DNA of 64,000 bases from Candidatus Omnitrophota bacterium. GTDB taxonomy: Bacteria > Omnitrophota > Gorgyraeia > Gorgyraeales > Gorgyraeaceae. The stretch spans positions 1,503-65,502 of the forward strand of contig JBDRJN010000015.1 in the NCBI GenBank assembly GCA_043814965.1, given 5' to 3'. The position numbers were made by a program, and so were the translations under genes. Below, one piece after another: positions 56,558 to 64,000 of this stretch (within the stretch, counting starts at the first letter, position 1; each line of letters begins with the position of its first letter). Under the pieces are notes generated by a model. That model saw only the letters and a list, made by a program, of their open reading frames with translations, was not told where the DNA came from and did not search any database.

Positions 56558-56809
56558 ATGGAGAGCAATAGAATTATGGAAAATAATATTTATTTAATAA
56601 AGGACCTGGCTAGATTAAGCGGGCAGACTATTCATACTATAAAATATTATCTTAATATAGGCCTTATAAAGGAAATAGGCAGAAGCCCTGAGACCAATTT
56701 CAGGTATTTTAACAAAAAGAACCTTGAAGAACTTCTCAGGATAAGGACACTGCGGCGGGAGCATAAGTCTCTCGCTGAGATAAGAGAGATACTAGAAGGG
56801 AGAATGTAG
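56558..56809 (+). CDS. Stand-alone MerR-family HTH protein
   Basis: YLIKDLARLSG.TIHTIKYY...GLI...RYF...SLAEIRE; no effector domain; start may be 56576. Confidence 0.85.
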   Translation: MESNRIMENNIYLIKDLARLSGQTIHTIKYYLNIGLIKEIGRSPETNFRYFNKKNLEELLRIRTLRREHKSLAEIREILEGRM

Positions 56810-57637
56810 TTGTCATACTACGAGATACTCAGCCTCAAGAAAGAACCTTTTTCTACAAGCCCTGACCCTTATTTTATGTATCCATCTTTGTCCCACCAGC
56901 AAGTGATCAAAAGACTAGAGACAGTTATCAGGCTCAAAAGGGGTTTAAGCCTGGTCCTGGGAGATGTAGGAGTAGGTAAGACTACGCTAGGGAGATCGCT
57001 TTTGCAGATACTTAGCAAAGAAGATTCTTTTATGCCTCACATGATACTTGACCCTGTATATGACTCTGAGTTCCAATTTGTCGTGTATCTTGCTAAGTTA
57101 TTTGGCATCAAGTCTTCTTTTAGGTCCACGCTTGATTACAAAGAGGCTATAGAAAGGTTTTTGTTTAAAAAATGCGTTGATGAAAAAAGCACCGTCATCT
57201 TAGTAATAGACGAAGCGCAAAAACTATATCCCTCCACACTCGAGATACTTCGTACATTGCTGAACTTTGAGACCAATGAATACAAACTTATACAACTTGT
57301 TATCATAGGCCAGATGGAACTTTTGCCGAAACTAAAAAGAATAAAGAACTTTTCCGACAGGGTAAGCCTGAAATATATACTTAATCCATTTGATATAAAC
57401 GAGACAAAAGACATGATAAGGTTCCGCTTGAAACAGGCAGGTTATAATTCAGGAAAAAGCTTCTTTACAGAAGAAGCCATGAATATGATATACGAATACA
57501 CGCAGGGCTATCCCAGGAAGATCGCAAACCTGTGCCATAGCGCGCTAGAGGAATTAGTCATGAAAGAGTCGCGGTCAGTCGATGAAAACCTGATACAAGA
57601 ATTGATAGAAAGGGATAAGGTAGTGGCATTGGCCTAG
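56810..57637 (+). CDS. ExeA/GspA-family AAA ATPase
   Basis: EPFSTSPDP, GDVGVGKTT, IDEAQ, GQMEL, TQGYPRKIANLC. Confidence 0.9.
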   Translation: MSYYEILSLKKEPFSTSPDPYFMYPSLSHQQVIKRLETVIRLKRGLSLVLGDVGVGKTTLGRSLLQILSKEDSFMPHMILDPVYDSEFQFVVYLAKLFGIKSSFRSTLDYKEAIERFLFKKCVDEKSTVILVIDEAQKLYPSTLEILRTLLNFETNEYKLIQLVIIGQMELLPKLKRIKNFSDRVSLKYILNPFDINETKDMIRFRLKQAGYNSGKSFFTEEAMNMIYEYTQGYPRKIANLCHSALEELVMKESRSVDENLIQELIERDKVVALA

Positions 57638-57638
57638 T

Positions 57639-58136
57639 ATGAGAAACATTACACCCGAAGGAAAATTACTGAACCTTATAAAACAAGCTCAACATAAGCC
57701 CAGGCTTAAAAAGGATCTAAAGATCTTTACTAAGCTTACGATAGCCTTGAGCGGGGTCATAGTCGTTATAGTCATCCTGCTGATAGTAGATATGACTAGG
57801 TTCGAATATGAGCTTCCCAGCGTAGATATAAATTTTGATGAAAACTATGAGACCATAGATATATTAAAACCCAGCGATGTTGATTTTAAGATAGATGTAG
57901 AAAAGACCAATGTCAAGAATATATCGGATATCAAAAACAATATACAAAGCAGTATAAAACTAGTCGGTATCATCACCGGAGAGGAATCCCAGGCTATCGT
58001 AGAAGACCTCCAGACGAAGGAGACGCTTTTTCTTGGAGTGGGTGATAGCATAAAAGATTGTAAGGTCTCTAATATATTCAAGGACAGCGTAGTCTTGGAT
58101 TATAATGGAGAAAAGATAACCATAGCTATTCAATAA
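57639..58136 (+). CDS. GspC/PilP-like protein
   Basis: TM helix then KLVGII...AIVED...FL.VGD.I...V..I....VVL HR-domain pattern. Confidence 0.65.
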   Translation: MRNITPEGKLLNLIKQAQHKPRLKKDLKIFTKLTIALSGVIVVIVILLIVDMTRFEYELPSVDINFDENYETIDILKPSDVDFKIDVEKTNVKNISDIKNNIQSSIKLVGIITGEESQAIVEDLQTKETLFLGVGDSIKDCKVSNIFKDSVVLDYNGEKITIAIQ

Positions 58137-58151
58137 ATAAAGGATATTTAT

Positions 58152-60218
58152 ATGAAGATATCAAAAAGCAGCGTCTTTATAATAATAGGATTTTTGATAA
58201 TGAACTCTCTTTTTTCTTTGGACATCACATATGCCAAGGACTATTCCCCCGAACTTATATCTTTAGATATAAAAGGCATGGATATAAGAGATGTGCTGAA
58301 GCTATTATCACAGAAGAGCGGTTTGAATATCATAGCAGACAGAGAAGTCAGAGGAGACGTGCAGCTATATGTAAATGACCTGGATATCATGCAGGTATTG
58401 GATATACTGGTCTCTACCAATGGCCTTGCGTATGAGCAGCAGGGCACCCTCATAAGAGTGATGACAGACAAGAAATATGATACGCTTCACGGTAAATCAT
58501 TCGACGATACTACTGTCACTGAAATAATAAAACTAAACCATATCAATGCCCAGGATGTATCCAACACCATAAACGAGATAAAGACCAGTATCGGCAAGAT
58601 CATACCTGACGAGAGGTCCAACACCGTAGTCTTGATAGACAATCCGTCTACGGTCGACAGGATGAAGCAGATCATAATGGAGATGGATGTAGCCTTGACG
58701 ACAGAGGTGTTTGATCTTAATTTTGCAAATGCCAGTGACGTAAAAGGCAAAATAGAGAACATCGTCTCCAAGGATATAGGAGAAGTGAGTATAGACGAGA
58801 GGACCAATAAACTAGTAGTAAAAGATACACCTAAGAAGATAGAAGAGATAAAGAATATCATAAAGGTATTCGACGATAAGACACTGGAGGTCTCCATAGA
58901 GACGCATATCATACAGGTGAGCCTTGCAGATAAATACAGCCATGGTATCAATTGGTATGATATTGCTAGGCTTGGAGACTTTAAATTTACAATAGATACT
59001 AACCTTTCTACGGGGCTGACAAATGTGACGCCTTCTGATTTTAGCGTGGCTAGCAGCGGTAATTTCACAGCGATAATGGGCTTACTGGATACATTTGGGA
59101 AGACCAATGTCCTTTCCAAGCCCAGGATCACTGTTGCTAATAAGCAAGAGGCTAAGATCCTGGTGGGATCCAAAGAAGCCTATGTTACTAGCGAAGTGAC
59201 TACGACCGAAGGAGGGACTTATCACACAACAGATAATGTTCAGTTTGTTGATGTTGGAGTGAGTTTATCAGTAACGCCTGAGATAAACAGGGCAGGATAT
59301 ATTACGCTAAAGGTCAGGCCAGAGGTCTCGAGCTCTGATTCTACCAAGACCGTAGAGCTCAAAAATCCTGATGGCTCTACGCGTACGATTGTCCCCTATG
59401 TGACTACTGCTGAGACCGAGACAACAGTTGTTATAAAAGACGGCACTACTCTTATATTAGGCGGATTGATGAAAGATACTGTCATAGACAATAAACAAAA
59501 AGTACCTATCCTGGGAGATATACCTTTATTGGGAGGGTTATTCAGGTCATCCGGAAAAAGTAAAGAGAAGACAGAGCTGGTCATATTTATCACGCCTCAT
59601 ATCATCGGAGGAGACGAGACTACTGGAGAAGTAAAGAATGGACTTAAGGATTTTAATAGGCAAGAGGAAAAAAATAAAGTGGATAGGGAATTACCTATCA
59701 TAGGCGGGGTGAGCGAAAGAAGTGATGCGCGGGAAAGCAGGACACCGATATGGCGTACTGCCAAAAGAAAACCTGACGCGAAACCAGTGACTAAAAAAGA
59801 TGCTTCTCGGGCGCCTAAAGCAGCTGCTGAGAGAAAAGATAAAGCAAGTGAATGGGCTCCTCTTCTTGGCGCGGAAAAACCAAAAGAAGTTCCAATGCCT
59901 ACAATGGCTAAAGAGGAGAAAAAAGGATCTCCGCCTCAAAGATCTACCAACGAAGATTATGATCTACTGGTAGATCAGGAGATAAAGAGAGTTGTCAAAG
60001 ACCAGGGCAATATAGGGGCCAAGGGTATTGTAGAACTCCAGTTTACACTGGACAGGGAAGGTTTTTTGATAAAAGGCCCTATCGTACTTAATAAACCTGA
60101 GCTCACGCTTGTAAGAAACAGTGTAAACGCTGTTAAAGCTGCTTCTCCATTCCCTCCATTCTATGAAGGCATGAGCGAGGATGAAAGAGAGTTTTATGTA
60201 AAGGTAGTGTACGAATAG
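58152..60218 (+). CDS. Secretin (GspD/PilQ family) with a C-terminal TonB-C-like domain
   Basis: ISLDIKGMDIRDVL, DERSN/DERTN N-domains, LSKPRI, KVPILGDIPLLGGLF, ELVIFITPHII; charged linker then G.V...F...G...A.PFPP. Confidence 0.9.
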   Translation: MKISKSSVFIIIGFLIMNSLFSLDITYAKDYSPELISLDIKGMDIRDVLKLLSQKSGLNIIADREVRGDVQLYVNDLDIMQVLDILVSTNGLAYEQQGTLIRVMTDKKYDTLHGKSFDDTTVTEIIKLNHINAQDVSNTINEIKTSIGKIIPDERSNTVVLIDNPSTVDRMKQIIMEMDVALTTEVFDLNFANASDVKGKIENIVSKDIGEVSIDERTNKLVVKDTPKKIEEIKNIIKVFDDKTLEVSIETHIIQVSLADKYSHGINWYDIARLGDFKFTIDTNLSTGLTNVTPSDFSVASSGNFTAIMGLLDTFGKTNVLSKPRITVANKQEAKILVGSKEAYVTSEVTTTEGGTYHTTDNVQFVDVGVSLSVTPEINRAGYITLKVRPEVSSSDSTKTVELKNPDGSTRTIVPYVTTAETETTVVIKDGTTLILGGLMKDTVIDNKQKVPILGDIPLLGGLFRSSGKSKEKTELVIFITPHIIGGDETTGEVKNGLKDFNRQEEKNKVDRELPIIGGVSERSDARESRTPIWRTAKRKPDAKPVTKKDASRAPKAAAERKDKASEWAPLLGAEKPKEVPMPTMAKEEKKGSPPQRSTNEDYDLLVDQEIKRVVKDQGNIGAKGIVELQFTLDREGFLIKGPIVLNKPELTLVRNSVNAVKAASPFPPFYEGMSEDEREFYVKVVYE

Positions 60219-60232
60219 ACATTTGCCCATAG

Positions 60233-60403
60233 TTTTTTCTTGCTAGTGAGGGGTCTTCAAAAAGACGTTCGGCCAAATTTAGTGATTTGTAGATGTGGGC
60301 CTCACTCCTTTTTATTTTGACAGGCAAACTAAAATGTAGTTTGGTAAGATTCTGGTCCGCAAAATAAAGAGGCTTTTTTAGACCCCTCACTAGCAAGAAA
60401 AAA
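60233..60403. mobile_element. Inverted-repeat-bounded element, copy B
   Basis: Perfect 24-bp arms ttttttcttgctagtgaggggtct / agacccctcactagcaagaaaaaa around a core shared with 15437-15611. Confidence 0.7.
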
Positions 60404-60431
60404 TATAAAGCAATAAATTGCGGTTTTTAGC

Positions 60432-60459
60432 TTGACGTATAGATAATAATAGTTATAAT
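60432..60459 (+). promoter_or_regulatory. Putative promoter of the acyl-CoA dehydrogenase-etf operon
   Basis: TTGACG-16-TATAAT. Confidence 0.55.
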
Positions 60460-60523
60460 AAAACGAGTGTTTTTGCAAAAAAATTACAGATGGCTCGATA
60501 GCCTATAATCTAAGGAGGAATCA

Positions 60524-61675
60524 ATGGATTATTTTCTTACTGAACAACAGATAATGATACGCGACCTGGCCAGGCAGATCGCAACTGAAAAGATAAGGCC
60601 TGTAGCAGCCAAATATGACGAAGAGGGCATATTTCCTTGGGATATAGTAAAGATCCTCGCAGATAGTGACCTCTGTGGTATATATATAGATGAAAAATAT
60701 GGCGGTATAGGCGGCGGAGTAATGGACCTGGTCGTTGCAACTGAAGAGTTGTCAAAAGTATGCGGAGGCATATCCCTGGCTGTGGCTGCTACTGCGCTCG
60801 GGACTTTTCCAATAATACTATTTGGCACTGAAGAACAAAAGCAAAAATACCTGCCTGATATTGCCAGTGGTAAAAAATTAGCTGCATTTGGATTGACAGA
60901 GGCAGGCGCAGGAAGCGATGCGGCAAGTATCCAGACCACTGCAGAGAAAAAAGGAGACCACTATATATTAAACGGTACAAAACAATGGATAACTAATGGC
61001 GGAGAGGCTGAGGTATATACAGTCGTGGCATCAGTCGATAGGTCAAAAGGCGCCAGAGGCGCGGCATGTTTTATAGTCGAGAAAGGCACGCCTGGATTTG
61101 AATTTGGTAAAAAAGAAGACAAGATGGGCATCAGGGCATCCGCTACAAGAGAGCTTGTATTCACAGACTGCAAGATCCCGAAAGAAAATATATTAGGTAA
61201 AGAGGGACAGGGTTTCATAGTAGCTATGAAGACATTTGACCAGTCAAGGCCGGGAGTAGCGTCTCAGGCCCTTGGCATCGCTCAAGGAGCATTAGACCTG
61301 ACGTTAGCTTATGTAAAAGAAAGAAAACAGTTCGGAAAGAGTATCTCCAGTTTTCAGGGTGTACAGTTCATGCTGGCTGATATGGGTACACAGATAGAGG
61401 CTGCAAGGGCATTGGTATATGCTGCTGCAAAGATGATAGATAGCGGAGCTAAAAGAATAGCAAAAGAAAGCGCCATGGCAAAATTATTTGCTTCAGATGT
61501 GGCAATGAGCGTTACTACTGATTGCGTACAGTTATTCGGCGGCTATGGGTATATGAAGGATTATCCAATAGAAAAATACATGAGAGACGCAAAGATCACC
61601 CAGATATATGAAGGCACTAACCAGATACAGCGCAGCGTCATAGCTCTCAACATGATAAAGGAGAAGGCAGCGTAA
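60524..61675 (+). CDS. Acyl-CoA (butyryl-CoA-like) dehydrogenase
   Basis: FGLTEAGAGSD, GTKQWITNG, ERKQFG, GGYGY, IYEGTNQIQR. Confidence 0.95.
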   Translation: MDYFLTEQQIMIRDLARQIATEKIRPVAAKYDEEGIFPWDIVKILADSDLCGIYIDEKYGGIGGGVMDLVVATEELSKVCGGISLAVAATALGTFPIILFGTEEQKQKYLPDIASGKKLAAFGLTEAGAGSDAASIQTTAEKKGDHYILNGTKQWITNGGEAEVYTVVASVDRSKGARGAACFIVEKGTPGFEFGKKEDKMGIRASATRELVFTDCKIPKENILGKEGQGFIVAMKTFDQSRPGVASQALGIAQGALDLTLAYVKERKQFGKSISSFQGVQFMLADMGTQIEAARALVYAAAKMIDSGAKRIAKESAMAKLFASDVAMSVTTDCVQLFGGYGYMKDYPIEKYMRDAKITQIYEGTNQIQRSVIALNMIKEKAA

Positions 61676-61711
61676 TTTCGGGTTACGGGATACGGTGAAC
61701 GGGGATAAGTC

Positions 61712-62521
61712 ATGAATATTATAGTTTGTATAAAGCAGGTACCTGATACTACGAATGTAAGGATAGACCCTGAGACCAATACATTGATCAGGACAGGAGT
61801 GGAAAGCATAATCAATCCTTTCGATATGTATGCTATCGAAGAAGGTATCCGCATCAAGGAAAAATTAGGAGGAAACGTTATTGTGATCACTATGGGGCCT
61901 CCTCAGGCAGAGAGCGCTTTGAGGGAGCCTATTTCTTTAGGGGCAGATGAGGCATATCTGGTATCAGACAGGGCTTTTGCGGGAAGTGATACATGGGCAA
62001 CTAGCTATACTTTGGCAAAAGCTATCCAAAAGATAGGCGGATATTATATAATCATCTGCGGTAAGCAGGCCATAGACGGTGATACTGCGCAGGTCGGGCC
62101 TGGGATATCAGCTCATCTTGATATACCACAGATCACTTATGTAAAAAAGATAGAGGAATTAGTCCTAGATGGCAATAATAATCGCGATCATTACGGCAAT
62201 ATCCGGGCTGAAGGGATGACAGAAGAAGGGTATGATATCATCGAATCACCCCTTCCCTGCCTATTGACAGTGGTTAAAGAAATAAATGAACCAAGATTAC
62301 CTTCTTTAAAAGGTAAGATGAAAGCAAAGAAGGCTGAGATAAAAAAGATCGAAGCAAAAGATTTGGATTTAGACCCATCCTTACTAGGTTTAAACGGTTC
62401 TCCTACAAAAGTAGTAAAGATATTCACACCTTCTCCTAGAAAAGGCGGCCAGATGTTGGAGGGGGAAGCAGTTGAGGTTAGCGAAAAGTTAGTTAACTTA
62501 TTAAAGGAGGAAATAGTATAA
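61712..62521 (+). CDS. etfB: Electron transfer flavoprotein beta subunit
   Basis: CIKQVPD, NPFD, DRAFAGSDT, GKQAIDGDTAQVGP. Confidence 0.96.
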   Translation: MNIIVCIKQVPDTTNVRIDPETNTLIRTGVESIINPFDMYAIEEGIRIKEKLGGNVIVITMGPPQAESALREPISLGADEAYLVSDRAFAGSDTWATSYTLAKAIQKIGGYYIIICGKQAIDGDTAQVGPGISAHLDIPQITYVKKIEELVLDGNNNRDHYGNIRAEGMTEEGYDIIESPLPCLLTVVKEINEPRLPSLKGKMKAKKAEIKKIEAKDLDLDPSLLGLNGSPTKVVKIFTPSPRKGGQMLEGEAVEVSEKLVNLLKEEIV

Positions 62522-62588
62522 AAGTATAGAGGCATAAAAGTTTGTTGGTTTAACTTTTAGACTTTTAGACTTTTAGACTTTTAGACTA
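62514..62588. repeat. Convergent octamer-repeat hairpin between etfB and etfA
   Basis: About three agtataaa-like units facing (acttttag)x4. Confidence 0.8.
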
Positions 62589-62591
62589 AAA

Positions 62592-63800
62592 ATGTCAATA
62601 AGAGTAATTAATGAAAAATGCACAGGCTGCAAATTATGTATAAAGGCATGCCCTTTTAACGCGATCGAGGTAATAAATAAAAAAGCTGTCATTGATCTTG
62701 ATAAGTGTACCTTATGCGGCGCATGTATCGAATCGTGTAAATTCAATGCAATAGTGCTTGATAAACTAAGCCCTACTGATATAGATTTTTCAAAGAAACT
62801 TGACCAGTATAAAGATGTCTGGGTATTCTGCGAGCAGAAGAATGGTGTGATCCAGAGCGTGAGCTACGAGCTCTTGGGTAAAGGCAGAGAGCTTGCTGAT
62901 ACCCTGGGAGTGGACCTATGCGGAGTCCTTTTGGGAGACAATATAAAAGGAGAGGCTATCAAGATCGTACAAAGAGGCGCCAATAAAGTCTATCTGGTAG
63001 ATGCGCCAAAGCTCAAACATTATCAGAGTGAGCCCTACACCAAAGTCCTTGTAAAACTTATCAAAGAGTATAGGCCTGAGATAGTACTTTGCGGCGCTAC
63101 TTCTATAGGCCGGTCCCTGATATCAAGGGTCGCCATAGGAATACATGCAGGACTTACAGCGGATTGCACAGGGCTTGATATTGATAAAAAAGAAAGGCTT
63201 CTTTTACAGACCAGGCCCGCGTTTGGCGGAAACATCATGGCAACTATCATATGCCCCAATCACAGGCCTCAGATGTCAACTGTGAGGCACAAGGTCATGA
63301 AAGAGGCTGAAATAGATCCTCACCATAGGGGCAAGATCATTGAAAATAGCTATGACGAGGAGACATATTTTTCGCGCACAAAACTCCTGGATGTCGTAGA
63401 GGAGATAGAAGAGACAGTAAACCTGACAGAGGCTGATATCATCGTGTCTGGCGGTAGGGGGCTTCAAAAAGCAGAGAATTTTTCTTTGGTAGAAGGCTTG
63501 GCTAAGGTACTGGGAGGTGCAGTGGGGTCTTCCAGGGCTGGGGTGGATGCTGGATGGAAGAGTTACTCTCATCAGGTAGGCCAGACCGGAAAGACAGTCT
63601 GTCCGAAGATATATATAGCATGCGGCATCTCAGGCCAGATACAACATCTTGTCGGCATGCAGTCCTCAAAGATAATAGTCGCTATAAATAAAGACCCGCA
63701 TGCCCCGATATTCAGCGTTGCAACATACGGCATAGTGGGGGATCTATTTGAGATATTGCCGAACCTGACAGAGAAATTTAGAGCAGTATTGAAGAAATAA
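62592..63800 (+). CDS. etfA: Electron transfer flavoprotein alpha subunit with N-terminal 2x[4Fe-4S] ferredoxin domain
   Basis: CTGCKLCIKACP and CTLCGACIESC; GLTADCT, TRPAFGG, QVGQTG, GISGQIQH. Confidence 0.96.
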   Translation: MSIRVINEKCTGCKLCIKACPFNAIEVINKKAVIDLDKCTLCGACIESCKFNAIVLDKLSPTDIDFSKKLDQYKDVWVFCEQKNGVIQSVSYELLGKGRELADTLGVDLCGVLLGDNIKGEAIKIVQRGANKVYLVDAPKLKHYQSEPYTKVLVKLIKEYRPEIVLCGATSIGRSLISRVAIGIHAGLTADCTGLDIDKKERLLLQTRPAFGGNIMATIICPNHRPQMSTVRHKVMKEAEIDPHHRGKIIENSYDEETYFSRTKLLDVVEEIEETVNLTEADIIVSGGRGLQKAENFSLVEGLAKVLGGAVGSSRAGVDAGWKSYSHQVGQTGKTVCPKIYIACGISGQIQHLVGMQSSKIIVAINKDPHAPIFSVATYGIVGDLFEILPNLTEKFRAVLKK

Positions 63801-63869
63801 TATAAAAGTATAAAGTTATAAAGGTTAGCTGTTTTACTTTTAAACTTCTTACTTTTAAACCTTTAAACT
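63801..63869. repeat. Convergent octamer-repeat hairpin between etfA and smc
   Basis: tataaaagtataaagttataaagg facing acttttaa-type units. Confidence 0.65.
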
Positions 63870-63874
63870 AAAAA

Positions 63875-64000
63875 ATGTACTTTAAACGCCTAGAACTATA
63901 CGGATTCAAATCTTTTGCTGAAAAGACACGCCTAGATTTTGAACCAGGCATAACAGCTGTGGTAGGCCCTAATGGCTGCGGCAAATCCAATATAGCAGAT
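63875..64000 (+). CDS. smc: Chromosome segregation protein SMC (5' end, truncated)
   Basis: [17 protein letters not shown]...[15 protein letters not shown]. Confidence 0.93.
   Translation, partial: MYFKRLELYGFKSFAEKTRLDFEPGITAVVGPNGCGKSNIAD

Noticed and set aside
60133-60396. 87-aa minus-strand ORF across the inverted-repeat element (and 100-aa ORF at 15692-15994)
   Set aside because: No motif or SD seen, and no equivalent ORF in the track for the other copy of the element

Overview
A low-GC bacterial chromosomal segment, almost entirely + strand. The gene style (very large multi-domain secreted proteins, partial T2SS/T4P cluster, Bcd-EtfAB, Pta/AckA) suggests an anaerobic PVC-group lineage such as Ca. 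Omnitrophota; this is an inference, not a database result. Housekeeping blocks: EF-G paralog, yebC-ruvCAB, queH/queA/tgt-yajC-secDF, recJ, rpmB, recG-rsmD-coaD-pta-ackA-yceD-rpmF-plsX-fabH-fabD-fabF-fabG-acpP-fabF, acyl-CoA dehydrogenase-etfB-etfA and the start of smc. Accessory content: (i) a 1656-aa secreted, polyprotein-like ORF in which a repeated ~70-aa module precedes a phosphohexomutase domain and then an internal Tat/lipoprotein signal plus a glycosidase-like domain; (ii) three paralogous FG-GAP/VCBS + carboxypeptidase-regulatory-like repeat proteins, one carrying a subtilase with a degenerate catalytic triad and preceded by tandem c-di-GMP-I riboswitches, next to an MshEN-type secretion ATPase, PilMN/PilO, MerR-like HTH, ExeA, GspC-like protein and a secretin with a TonB-C-like tail; (iii) a REP-associated tyrosine transposase with many GTAG-type palindromes, some inside coding sequences and one inside a riboswitch; (iv) several families of structured intergenic elements, including a leader shared by two giant genes, a duplicated structured 3' element, a conserved core with swapped inverted repeats, and a hairpin that appears to bridge a Shine-Dalgarno to the etfA start. 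No rRNA, tRNA or CRISPR array was recognised.
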